Positions 8,843 through 18,182 of a stretch of 64,000 bases of DNA are shown here, piece after piece (position 1 is the stretch's first letter; each line of letters starts with the position of its first letter). The position numbers and the translations under genes are program-made. Source of the stretch: a virus. The stretch spans positions 1 through 64,000 of the IMG/VR virus record IMGVR_UViG_3300005099_000066; one strand, given 5' to 3'. The notes under the pieces were generated by a model. The model saw only the letters and a list, made by a program, of their open reading frames with translations. It did no database searches and was not told the DNA's origin.

Positions 8843-10414
8843 TTAAATATTTGTATCTTGTGTCAAAACTACAGTTGTTGTGAATCCAATGGATGTCAAC
8901 ACACCGTATGTTCTGACTGGAATATATCTTGTGTTTCCAGGTGATGATTTCCTCACCCTTATCAAAAGATTTTTATCACCAACATAATTGTATGTTGTTT
9001 CTGCTTTTCCATTTTCATCAGTTGTTGTATTAAGTATAACTTCACTATCATCCATATTATAAACAAATACAGAAGCTCCACTAATTGGATTTGTATCAGA
9101 ATCTTTTACATATACAGTAACATAAACTGAATTAATAATATTTGTTGTGCCTCCTCCTGTATTTGTATATGTAGATGGATTTGAACCATTTACAGCATAA
9201 ATATTGATTGTCCCAGATGTAGCATTTTCAATATCGTATGTGTTTCCATTGAATTGTAAATTATCAAATGTGTAATCACCAGTATTATCCAGATAAACAG
9301 CAACTGGATTTGAAATAAAATTACTATCTGCTACATTATGATTTGTTGGAATCCATAAAGCATCTGTATCAGCATTAATAAATGAACAGTATTTCATAGG
9401 ACATTGATATGCATAAACCATTCCACCAGATGTAAAACTTGTATTTAAGACTTCAACATTTGTAGTTTTATTGGGCAGATAAACAGAACCCATATTAAGA
9501 AATGTAGAACCATATATTCCAAGCTGGTCTATATCAGAACTGTATGTATAAGCATCAAAAACAAAATTAGCATTTCCAACACCAGATAAAAGAACTCCAT
9601 TTATGCCTACTGTTCCAGCCTTTTCTCCAAGAATAACAGTAGTAGAAGTAGAAGAATTTCCTCTTATTTCTATTTCATAAGCTCCAGATTCAAATCCTTT
9701 ATCAAGAAAGATTATTGTAACATTTTTGTCTTCAAAATATGTATCATATGTCCCTCCCTCATCACCTATTAGTAATTTGCCCTGTATATAAAAAATTCCA
9801 GGTTTATCTTCAACAATTATTCCCCAGGCATTTGATGTGCTTGCATCCTCATTTGCTATTTGTGAAAATGTAGCAGGGTCAGAAGATGTTCCACCCACAA
9901 CTTTTAATCCTGTTCCGTAATGGCAAACATCCCAAAATACATTTGGAACACTTCCAATTGCTTTTGATAGAACTTTAAATCCAACTCCAATTTCAGTTAT
10001 AGCAGACCAATTTGGTTCCGAACTTCCTGCCAGCTGTTCATAATTAGCAGGAGGATTCGAAGTAGACATAGCAAAACATGACCAAGCTCCATATCTCAAA
10101 CCATAGTCATCAGAACCTCCTACATAATAGGCTCTCCTATTAGTTCCATCTCCAACAACAATTCTGAATCCACCATTTGCTTTAGTATCAACATTACCCC
10201 AAACCATCATCCACGAATAAATATGAGTATTGCTTAAATTAGTTGAAGAAATAGTTTTGTAAAAGTGTCCAGATGTAGCTGACACCTGGTCACCAATACA
10301 ATACGAGCCTTCTCTTTGAAATCCAGAATATGTATCTCCTTTATTCAGAGTCCATCCTGTGGTAGATTCTGCGTCATATATTTTTGTTAATTGTGGTATA
10401 ATTGTTAAAGCCAT
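8843..10414 (-). CDS. Virion structural protein with beta-helix-like region and C-terminal Ig/carboxypeptidase-regulatory-like domain
   Basis: N/S/T-rich repeats; VTVYVKDSDTNPISGASV...TTDENG. Confidence 0.6.
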   Translation of the reverse strand: MALTIIPQLTKIYDAESTTGWTLNKGDTYSGFQREGSYCIGDQVSATSGHFYKTISSTNLSNTHIYSWMMVWGNVDTKANGGFRIVVGDGTNRRAYYVGGSDDYGLRYGAWSCFAMSTSNPPANYEQLAGSSEPNWSAITEIGVGFKVLSKAIGSVPNVFWDVCHYGTGLKVVGGTSSDPATFSQIANEDASTSNAWGIIVEDKPGIFYIQGKLLIGDEGGTYDTYFEDKNVTIIFLDKGFESGAYEIEIRGNSSTSTTVILGEKAGTVGINGVLLSGVGNANFVFDAYTYSSDIDQLGIYGSTFLNMGSVYLPNKTTNVEVLNTSFTSGGMVYAYQCPMKYCSFINADTDALWIPTNHNVADSNFISNPVAVYLDNTGDYTFDNLQFNGNTYDIENATSGTINIYAVNGSNPSTYTNTGGGTTNIINSVYVTVYVKDSDTNPISGASVFVYNMDDSEVILNTTTDENGKAETTYNYVGDKNLLIRVRKSSPGNTRYIPVRTYGVLTSIGFTTTVVLTQDTNI

Positions 10415-10418
10415 ATTC

Positions 10419-10865
10419 TTATGCTAAACTTTTTCTGTATCTGTCATCTAAAATTATTCCTGCTACACTGTGCTGCCATAGTGCAACATCAACAGGTGTT
10501 TTTACAAATAAAGTCAAATCTTTGTCTGTTATATACCTTGTGTTGTCTCCAAATGAAGTCCCAAATATATAAAGAGCATTGTCTGGATGGACAAATTCTG
10601 ACAATTCTACAGCTTTAATATTGTTGGATTCAAAAAGTGATTGTGTCTCAACAAAAACAAGTGTAAAATTGTTTTTCAAATCAGAATCCAAAAATTCTTC
10701 CATAGAATCATATCCAGCAAGTTCTATATCCTGATTTCCATATTTCAGATGAGGAATCATAATTACATGTGAAAGATTGTAAGCACGAGCAAGAGCCACC
10801 CAAACTTGCATTTCAGCATAAGGAGCAAACCATCCTTCTTCCCATCTAAATAAAAGTCCATTCAT
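10419..10865 (-). CDS. SPOUT (SpoU/TrmH-like) methyltransferase-fold protein, divergent
   Basis: LVFVE...VELSEFVHPDNALYIFG...VKTP...SVAGIILDDR resembles the TrmH knot motifs. Confidence 0.55.
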   Translation of the reverse strand: MNGLLFRWEEGWFAPYAEMQVWVALARAYNLSHVIMIPHLKYGNQDIELAGYDSMEEFLDSDLKNNFTLVFVETQSLFESNNIKAVELSEFVHPDNALYIFGTSFGDNTRYITDKDLTLFVKTPVDVALWQHSVAGIILDDRYRKSLA

Positions 10866-11080
10866 TTTTCCCTCAACTTTATGTTTGGATTTAATTTCTT
10901 AAACTTTTTCAAAGGATACCATTCTACCCATTTTCTGCCCGTTCTTCCAACTATATGTGCCTCAACAAATTTAACAGGTATATCCTCATCATTTACGGCA
11001 TCCTTTACTTTGTGTGTTATTATCTTTAGCTTTTCAGCTGTTCTTTCTTTTCCATTTATATCAATAAATTTTTTCATCAT
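10862..11080 (-). CDS. Small hypothetical protein
   Basis: Tiles within the operon. Confidence 0.55.
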   Translation of the reverse strand: MMKKFIDINGKERTAEKLKIITHKVKDAVNDEDIPVKFVEAHIVGRTGRKWVEWYPLKKFKKLNPNIKLREK

Positions 11081-11096
11081 CTATTCCCTGCCCTCC

Positions 11097-11405
11097 CTAT
11101 GTTTGTAAAACATCAGGATAATAGACTTTCAAAATTACAGCTGTTCCGTATCCTGACCAACCAGTATTTAAAACTATATATGGTTGCAAAATCCACTGAC
11201 CTTCTACATCTATATCTCCCTGCTTTGTCACATAGTATACATGTGAATCATCTTCAATAGTAGCAGTCCACTGTCCTACTTCTCCATTAGGCTTTCTGTA
11301 TTTAATCTTTACACTGGAAATGTCAGATTGAGTCACAGTAATACCCTCAAATTTTAATTCAAACCTTATTTTCGTTCCAACATCACCAACAAATACTTTA
11401 CCCAT
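11097..11405 (-). CDS. BppU-N-like Ig-fold baseplate/virion protein
   Basis: GDVGT...KYRKPNG...YYVTKQGDIDVEGQW pattern. Confidence 0.6.
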   Translation of the reverse strand: MGKVFVGDVGTKIRFELKFEGITVTQSDISSVKIKYRKPNGEVGQWTATIEDDSHVYYVTKQGDIDVEGQWILQPYIVLNTGWSGYGTAVILKVYYPDVLQT

Positions 11406-11407
11406 AA

Positions 11408-11797
11408 TTATCTTCCAGCCTTTTCTACTTTAGCAATATAAATATCAAATGAAAATTCTGGAGTTGTTCCTGCAACAGTCCATTCTATTTTTATAGATTC
11501 ATAATCTGTTTCAAGTCTCTCAATTTCAGAACCACCTGTATTATCGAATGTGTATGATTTCTTTGTATTAGCAAAAGAAGCATCAGATGAAACTCTTGCA
11601 TACAAAGAAAAGTCTATACTTTCATCACTGTCGCCACCTTCATTTGTTGTGTTAATTTGTATTACAATATTATCACAATTGCTTATTATTAAGGCATCAG
11701 TTTCTCCATCTTCTGTCATAGATGTTTCTGACCACTTCCAAACTTCTCTGAATTTAGAGCCAGACAGTTTTTTCTTTTCCATCATACTCCATGCCAT
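11408..11797 (-). CDS. Putative virion protein
   Basis: All-beta composition, structural-gene context. Confidence 0.45.
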   Translation of the reverse strand: MAWSMMEKKKLSGSKFREVWKWSETSMTEDGETDALIISNCDNIVIQINTTNEGGDSDESIDFSLYARVSSDASFANTKKSYTFDNTGGSEIERLETDYESIKIEWTVAGTTPEFSFDIYIAKVEKAGR

Positions 11798-11799
11798 AA

Positions 11800-12231
11800 T
11801 TAAACCTCCCTTTCTGCTAATTCATATGAGTAATCTGTTATTGTTTCTTTCATATTCTTCAAAGCCTCAAGCTTTGAATTAAACTGTCCATATATTCTTT
11901 GACTTGGATAGTGCTTTACTATCCAGTTGTGTCCATCAAATTCCACAACAAAGCACTCTTCAATTCCACCAAACTCATCTTCTCTACAGTAGCCTATTCT
12001 TTCTTCACCATATCTGGTTTCTCCAGGCAGAAGACTTTTATGTTTTCTTCTCCAGCTTCTTTCTATTTCATTAACTCTTTTCAAAAATGTCTGTCTGTAT
12101 TTTTCTTCAACTGGAGCAAATATTCTTCCAATACTAATTATTTGTTCAGCTAAATCTATTAGTTTCTTTGATAACTTTAGCAGGCTCTTATCCACTGGCT
12201 TTCTTTTTGTCCTTCTTTGATTTTCTTTCAA
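11800..12231 (-). CDS. Hypothetical protein
   Basis: ORF tiling. Confidence 0.5.
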   Translation of the reverse strand: MKENQRRTKRKPVDKSLLKLSKKLIDLAEQIISIGRIFAPVEEKYRQTFLKRVNEIERSWRRKHKSLLPGETRYGEERIGYCREDEFGGIEECFVVEFDGHNWIVKHYPSQRIYGQFNSKLEALKNMKETITDYSYELAEREV

Positions 12232-12571
12232 ACTTTTTACTAATATAATCTTTTACAGCTGGAAATTTCTCAGATAATGAATCAAGTGTAAACATAATAG
12301 TATACATAGCCAGACCATTTGAATTTGCTACTAAATCAACCAATTTTTTGACTTCATCTTCATCCAGGTTTTCATCATCTTTTTGTATCTTTCTTGTTGC
12401 TGTAACACATATGGATAGTTCTGCCATATTTGTGGGTCTGTAGTCATTCAGAACAGCCAAGAAAACATCCCTTAATGTAACAGGTATTTCTTCTGGCTGT
12501 CCATCTTTCATGACTTGCAAAAACACTGGCACACCTTTTAGATTTTTTATTTGCTTATCGTAGAAACTCAT
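12188..12571 (-). CDS. Hypothetical protein (possible fibre-assembly chaperone)
   Basis: Helical protein downstream of fibre genes; GGAGG RBS. Confidence 0.45.
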   Translation of the reverse strand: MSFYDKQIKNLKGVPVFLQVMKDGQPEEIPVTLRDVFLAVLNDYRPTNMAELSICVTATRKIQKDDENLDEDEVKKLVDLVANSNGLAMYTIMFTLDSLSEKFPAVKDYISKKFERKSKKDKKKASG

Positions 12572-12599
12572 AATTTCTACCTCCCAATTTTGTTTACAA

Positions 12600-12932
12600 T
12601 TATCCCAATACTTCTCTTGAATTTATAACAACTTTTCCTATATGGGCACTCCATTCAAAAAATTCTGAAGAAGGTCTCCAATCAAATTCAACATATGGTC
12701 CGAGTATTTCCAACTCTTCTTTAACAAGATACTTCAATTCTTCATCAGAAATATCTTCATTAGCATCTACTTCCAGAGAAAATTTTACAGGGATTTCAAT
12801 CTCAAAATTGTCTCTAACCTGAAATTTTCTTGTTCCTTTAAACTCATGATGTCCAATATAGGCATAAACATTTCCTTCAGCTCTGAAAATTGCTTCAACT
12901 ATAACATTTACATATCCATCCACAAGCAGCAT
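12600..12932 (-). CDS. Hypothetical protein
   Basis: GGGAGG RBS. Confidence 0.55.
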   Translation of the reverse strand: MLLVDGYVNVIVEAIFRAEGNVYAYIGHHEFKGTRKFQVRDNFEIEIPVKFSLEVDANEDISDEELKYLVKEELEILGPYVEFDWRPSSEFFEWSAHIGKVVINSREVLG

Positions 12933-12947
12933 AATCTTAACCTCCCT

Positions 12948-14333
12948 TTATGCTTCTGTCCATGATTTTATCGTATATCTTTGAACACCTACACCAGGAA
13001 CATAAACTGCTACTTTTACATAAATAGCAGAACCACTATCATAAACATACCAAATAGCCTCACCTGAAGCAGGTGTAGGTTCCGAAGTCTGAATAGATTC
13101 CAAAAAATACTTTCCTGTTAAATAATGCGTTGTTTTTCCACCAACAGCAGAACTGCTTACTACTTTTGTTCCACCTCTGTATATATCACCTGTTACAACA
13201 TTTATACCTGAAGTTCCTATTCTTATTAAATCTCCCCATGTTACATTATTTCCAGCAGTCGGAGTGTCATCAGTTCCATAACTAATCCTAAATAAATACC
13301 AGTTTTCACCCGAATATGGGTCAATAGCAATTTTTACAGCTGTTTCATCACTTACCAAATATGTTCCAGGATTTCCATAAGAAGCATTCCATTTTAAAAC
13401 AAATCTTCCAGTTCCATCTTGAGCTGTTAAAATAGCACTTGAAGTAACACCCCTTAATTCAACACCTTTTAATAAATTACTATCCCTACCAGAAACTGAT
13501 AAAGAATCCGTTAAGACAATTTTTTCAGAACTGCGTATATCACCATCCACATCCAGTGTATATGAAATAAGAGTATCACTCCCTACATTTATTCCAACTC
13601 TATTATTATCTACATCTACTATAAGTGCAGTATCATTTATAGCAAAAGAACCCTGATGTGATACACTTTCAGCTACAGTAAAATCATTAGAACCATGTAT
13701 ATACATTCCAGCTTCACTCACATGTATCCCATCCCAGTAATATGTAGATGTCCCCAGAGAATAAGTTTCAGCCATGTCAGGTCTTATATCTGCTTTTGCT
13801 ATTAACTCCACATCTGTATAAACCTTGGAATTTGCTCTGTCTATTGTTATGAAATTTGAATTAGAATCATAATCCCTTATATAGAATTTGTCATCTGTAG
13901 AATAGTAAAACAATTTGATTCCCGCATCTGTGCTCTTTTTAGTATAACAAAAGGCTATTCCATTATAACCAGCACCTTTTATTTTGATTGCTCCATCAGT
14001 ATAATCCCCAGTTGCTGTTATACTTATTACAGGTAAAGTGCCTGACATACTTATAAAACCTGATAAATAAATATTAGCAAATTTATGTGTAGAATCACCT
14101 ATTGTAAGAGATGTGTTTTGAGGAATTATACTTCTGTAAATATCAATCTCAGATGAAGAAAGAACAGCAATATTACTTCCAGAGATATTCAGCTCTATAT
14201 TTCCACCTATAACATTATTTACAATAAATTTGTTAGCAGTATATTCAGTGTATAATTTGGCTATAAGAGAATTATCTTCATCAAAGAAGTGTAGTTCTTT
14301 TCCATCTGTAAGTAGAAGAGGTTTTTGAGCCAT
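12948..14333 (-). CDS. Tail-fibre-like protein
   Basis: NNRVGIN...YTLDVDGDIR and YSLGTSTYYW fibre shaft motifs. Confidence 0.7.
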   Translation of the reverse strand: MAQKPLLLTDGKELHFFDEDNSLIAKLYTEYTANKFIVNNVIGGNIELNISGSNIAVLSSSEIDIYRSIIPQNTSLTIGDSTHKFANIYLSGFISMSGTLPVISITATGDYTDGAIKIKGAGYNGIAFCYTKKSTDAGIKLFYYSTDDKFYIRDYDSNSNFITIDRANSKVYTDVELIAKADIRPDMAETYSLGTSTYYWDGIHVSEAGMYIHGSNDFTVAESVSHQGSFAINDTALIVDVDNNRVGINVGSDTLISYTLDVDGDIRSSEKIVLTDSLSVSGRDSNLLKGVELRGVTSSAILTAQDGTGRFVLKWNASYGNPGTYLVSDETAVKIAIDPYSGENWYLFRISYGTDDTPTAGNNVTWGDLIRIGTSGINVVTGDIYRGGTKVVSSSAVGGKTTHYLTGKYFLESIQTSEPTPASGEAIWYVYDSGSAIYVKVAVYVPGVGVQRYTIKSWTEA

Positions 14334-14350
14334 ACTTTACTCAATCTCCT

Positions 14351-15826
14351 TTAGTTCTGGCTAAACTTAACAACTGTTATTCTTGCTCCACTTGGTAAGT
14401 CATAATTGAATGATATATATGGAGAACCCTGTTCTTGATAATCTTCAGTTGAACCAGGAGTTTGAAATACACCATTAACAAATACTAATATTCTACCAGA
14501 CTCATAAGAGCCAATGTCTATATTTGTGCCAGCTGTTGTGTCACTTGACAAATCAACATATGATGTAGAAACTGTATTTGATAAAAATTGTCCAGATTTA
14601 ATATACAGCTGATTACTTCCATTTTCTCCTATTGTTGTATCATCTATTTTAACAGCAACACCATTAGCACTAACATTAATAACCTTTGCTAAATTTGTTC
14701 CACCAGTAGTATCTGCTACAACAGAAAGAGCAGTTCCTCCACCTCCTGTTAATCCATTCCCAGCTACAGAAGTTGCCAAATGAGATTCTGTTATTCCACC
14801 AGATTTGACTTGAATTGTTCCAGAGGAATTTTCAATTGAAGAATCATCCACATTAACTTCTGCATAAATAGCAGGTGTATTATCATTATATGTAAACAGG
14901 ACTGAATGCCCTGAATTTGTTAGAATATTTCCAACTGCGTCCTGTGCTTTTTCGTCTGTGTAATATAAATGTGTGCTACCTTCTGCTAAATCATCAGTCG
15001 TAAATCCACTTAAAGATTTTAAGTATAAGTAATGGTTTGTAGTATCAACATCAATATTTGTTCCATCAACTTTATCAGATAAATAACCTGCAGTAGGGTC
15101 AGATGAATCCGCTTTCACATACTGGTCTGTTCCAGCTATTTGCTGAAATTCTAAACCAGTTTCCCCTGCATTTACAATAATAGCATATCCTCCATAGCCT
15201 GTGTATGAAGAAGGAGTATCATTTAAATTCAAAAATGATTTGGCATTCCAATATGTATCAAAATTTCCAGCATGTATAATCTCCCTTGCTGTTCCACCAG
15301 AATCCGTAAGAACCCATTTATCATTAGTCTCATCCCAGTATAACTGCATATCAGTTGAGTCTCCTCTCTCAACAATAATACCAGAATCCTCGGAGGGAGT
15401 GCCTGTAAATCCACTATTCAGATGAATCCATCTGTCCTCAACATGCAATTCTGTTACTGTTTCCTTATTTATTGAGCCTCCAATTGTAAAATCACCTGAT
15501 ACATATAAATTGCCTGTAATTGAAGCTCCACCTGAACTTACTGTTAATGCTCCATTGAAAGTAGCAGCACCTGCCTGTATATTTACCCAGGAAGAGTCTG
15601 TATCATCTCTTATATATAAAACTCCAGATGAATTTTTAAGCAAAATAGCAGAATTTATTTCAACTGAAGAAACGAGTATTTTAGTAGAAGAAGCATCAAA
15701 TGTTGTTGTTGTTTCTAATACTACAGTTCCAGAAGAGCCTCCGTAGAGGCTTCCAACAAGAGTATTAGAATCATTATAAATATCCAGATGTTTTCCATCT
15801 GTTAAGAGCAGATTTTTCTGAGCCAT
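14351..15826 (-). CDS. Tail-fibre-like protein
   Basis: VEDRWIHLN...SGIIVERG...LYWDETNDKW, TTDDLAEGSTHLYYTD, VAGNGLTGGGG, C-terminal VFVNGVFQ module. Confidence 0.7.
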   Translation of the reverse strand: MAQKNLLLTDGKHLDIYNDSNTLVGSLYGGSSGTVVLETTTTFDASSTKILVSSVEINSAILLKNSSGVLYIRDDTDSSWVNIQAGAATFNGALTVSSGGASITGNLYVSGDFTIGGSINKETVTELHVEDRWIHLNSGFTGTPSEDSGIIVERGDSTDMQLYWDETNDKWVLTDSGGTAREIIHAGNFDTYWNAKSFLNLNDTPSSYTGYGGYAIIVNAGETGLEFQQIAGTDQYVKADSSDPTAGYLSDKVDGTNIDVDTTNHYLYLKSLSGFTTDDLAEGSTHLYYTDEKAQDAVGNILTNSGHSVLFTYNDNTPAIYAEVNVDDSSIENSSGTIQVKSGGITESHLATSVAGNGLTGGGGTALSVVADTTGGTNLAKVINVSANGVAVKIDDTTIGENGSNQLYIKSGQFLSNTVSTSYVDLSSDTTAGTNIDIGSYESGRILVFVNGVFQTPGSTEDYQEQGSPYISFNYDLPSGARITVVKFSQN

Positions 15827-15842
15827 AAATCAGTGCCTCCTT

Positions 15843-16460
15843 TTATGTGAATATTACAAAATCAATTATTGCTCCAGAAGGTAAATCATATGTGAATGAA
15901 ATAGATGTTGAAGAATCTTCAGTATATTCTTCATTTTTTGTTTGTAAAACTCCATTTACATAAACCATCAAATTATTCTCTCCAACTGAATATGACCTTC
16001 CATTTGGTATTGTAATAGATGTTCCAGCTGTAATATCTGATGGTGCTGTATAAGTTTCTCTGTATATTGTAAGTGATACAGAAGTTCCACCATTTCCTCC
16101 TTCTCCAAGACAAAAGACATCATTTAAAGCTGTATTTATTTTTTCCCATGATTTATCCAGGAGTGGTTTAACAACAGCTTCAATAATAGATTTGAGTAAG
16201 ACTTCACGCAGTGATTTAAGTATAGAAACAAATGGTTCCTGCTTAAGATTGATTTGTTGAATAATTGATAGAATCTGTTGTTCTGTATTTGAATCCAGTT
16301 CATGTTCAGATATATACTTCTGTAAATAGGATTTGAGATTTTCTGGATAGTATTCATCAAATAAATCAGGGTATTGAGAAATAATGTAATCATAAATATT
16401 GTCGACAATGCTGGAAATGTCAAGTCGTATTGGGCAATTGTATGTGTTTTCATTTAACAC
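15843..16460 (-). CDS. Virion protein with C-terminal VYVNGVLQ Ig-like module
   Basis: C-terminal domain homologous to that of 14351-15826. Confidence 0.6.
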   Translation of the reverse strand: MLNENTYNCPIRLDISSIVDNIYDYIISQYPDLFDEYYPENLKSYLQKYISEHELDSNTEQQILSIIQQINLKQEPFVSILKSLREVLLKSIIEAVVKPLLDKSWEKINTALNDVFCLGEGGNGGTSVSLTIYRETYTAPSDITAGTSITIPNGRSYSVGENNLMVYVNGVLQTKNEEYTEDSSTSISFTYDLPSGAIIDFVIFT

Positions 16461-16472
16461 ATCCTACCTTCC

Positions 16473-17825
16473 CTATTTGGTTTTATCAAACACAGTCAGA
16501 AATCTTGGAGAGGACATATAGCCAAACGAATGTAGAGTAATAGCATCTGAGTAGATTCTGTAGCCTATATCAGTTCTAAAATAACCATCGGGTATATGTA
16601 TATGATTTAACAGATTTTTATATGCCTGTAAAATAGCAGGCTCAAGTTTTGGATGTTTTCCTACAGACACAATAGCTCTTCCATGTGAAGGAACAATTCT
16701 GTAAACTCCATCTTCATCTTTGTAAATTCCAGCTGGAATATGTTTGTTAATAAAATCTGGCTTGTCAAGATAAACAGGACTGTTAGCAGATTCTTCTAAA
16801 ACACAAGCAAATGGATAACCTTTAGCATTGTAAGCAACTCCAACTAACCAATCTGAATCAATATCTACTTTTTTCATTAAGCCTTTTGGAATATCATGAA
16901 ATATCTTTCCGAGGGGAGTTCTTATAGCTGGCAACATTATTAAAATATGTGGATAACCAAATCTTGCTGTATATTCAAGAAAATAAGGTTTGCCATCTTC
17001 ATATGATACAATCGCATTTATGTCTATATAATTTACACCATAGTATTTTGAATACCATCTTTCTCTTCCCTTATCACCAAACATTAATTGAAATAATTTG
17101 TCTGAATCATCATATCCATTATTGTTGAATATTACTGTTCCCATCTCACCTGTCATTGGTCCTATTTCTCCTGGGAACAATCTTTTGTGCTCAAAATTCA
17201 TATTCCATGGGAATACATATCCATTTGGAGAAACAAATAAGCCAATAGCTACTTCAACACCTTCTATATATTCTGTAATTACAAGTTCTGTTGAATCATC
17301 TACACCTTTCTCAATTAAACCTTTCAAGTGGTCTATGGCATCATCTTTTCCAAATGCAACATATGTTTTAATAGAAGAATCTCCTACTTTGTTGACTTTA
17401 ATTACAGGTCTGGAGAATTCTCCTGATTTTATATCACTAATTGCCTCTTTTATAGAAGAGTAAATTTTTGATTTGGGAAAATAATCATACAGATTTTTGT
17501 CTTTAGCAAACATTCTTTCATTTTCCAGCCTTTCACCTATTGAACTTGTTCCCCAGACTGTTTTTCCTTCTTTTCTCAGTTTATCAACTGTTTGTCCCCA
17601 TCCCATATCAGGAAATACAATAACATCAACTTTGTCTATATATGGTTCCCAGTTGTCTATTCTTTTTACACCAAAGTCTTCCAAAATCCCTTTTCCATAC
17701 AATAAGTCTGCCTGTTCAGGATGTGCTCTTTGCCAAACTGTGTAGTAGTAAACCTCTTCACCTTCATTTGCAAGTCTAATAGCAATTGCTTCAGATAAAC
17801 CTGTGTCAACTATAAGATATTTCAT
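16473..17825 (-). CDS. PurD/GARS-like ATP-grasp ligase
   Basis: LENERMFAK, EYIEGVE, FEHKRLFPGEIGPMTGEMG, LEYTARFGYP, FRTDIG match PurD landmarks. Start moved to ATG 17825 after AGGAGG. Confidence 0.85.
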   Translation of the reverse strand: MKYLIVDTGLSEAIAIRLANEGEEVYYYTVWQRAHPEQADLLYGKGILEDFGVKRIDNWEPYIDKVDVIVFPDMGWGQTVDKLRKEGKTVWGTSSIGERLENERMFAKDKNLYDYFPKSKIYSSIKEAISDIKSGEFSRPVIKVNKVGDSSIKTYVAFGKDDAIDHLKGLIEKGVDDSTELVITEYIEGVEVAIGLFVSPNGYVFPWNMNFEHKRLFPGEIGPMTGEMGTVIFNNNGYDDSDKLFQLMFGDKGRERWYSKYYGVNYIDINAIVSYEDGKPYFLEYTARFGYPHILIMLPAIRTPLGKIFHDIPKGLMKKVDIDSDWLVGVAYNAKGYPFACVLEESANSPVYLDKPDFINKHIPAGIYKDEDGVYRIVPSHGRAIVSVGKHPKLEPAILQAYKNLLNHIHIPDGYFRTDIGYRIYSDAITLHSFGYMSSPRFLTVFDKTK

Positions 17826-17827
17826 TA

Positions 17828-18172
17828 TTAGTCCTCCTGGAATTCTACATTTATATAGTTGAGCCAATCTGTAGGGAATGTTTTCATAAGATAATCCTGT
17901 ATTGTTTGTCTTATAAATTCACTTATTTTTCTCCTTCTTATGTAAATGTCTATATAGGAATCTTCATTCATTTTGTCAACACGAGGTTCTACAACTATAC
18001 ATGATTCACTTCCAACTTGTTCCTCTGCAAATGTTACAAAATCCTTCAGAAGTGCAATAAATACATCTTTGTCAACATTTATGCTATTTACAAAGTTTTC
18101 GAAGTCATCTTTATTACTCACAATTACAGTTGTTTTATCTGTCAAAAATGAAACAAATGTTCCGTAATCCAT
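17828..18172 (-). CDS. Hypothetical protein between the two ATP-grasp genes
   Basis: AGGAGGTGG RBS; tiles. Confidence 0.6.
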   Translation of the reverse strand: MDYGTFVSFLTDKTTVIVSNKDDFENFVNSINVDKDVFIALLKDFVTFAEEQVGSESCIVVEPRVDKMNEDSYIDIYIRRRKISEFIRQTIQDYLMKTFPTDWLNYINVEFQED

Positions 18173-18182
18173 GTTCCACCTC

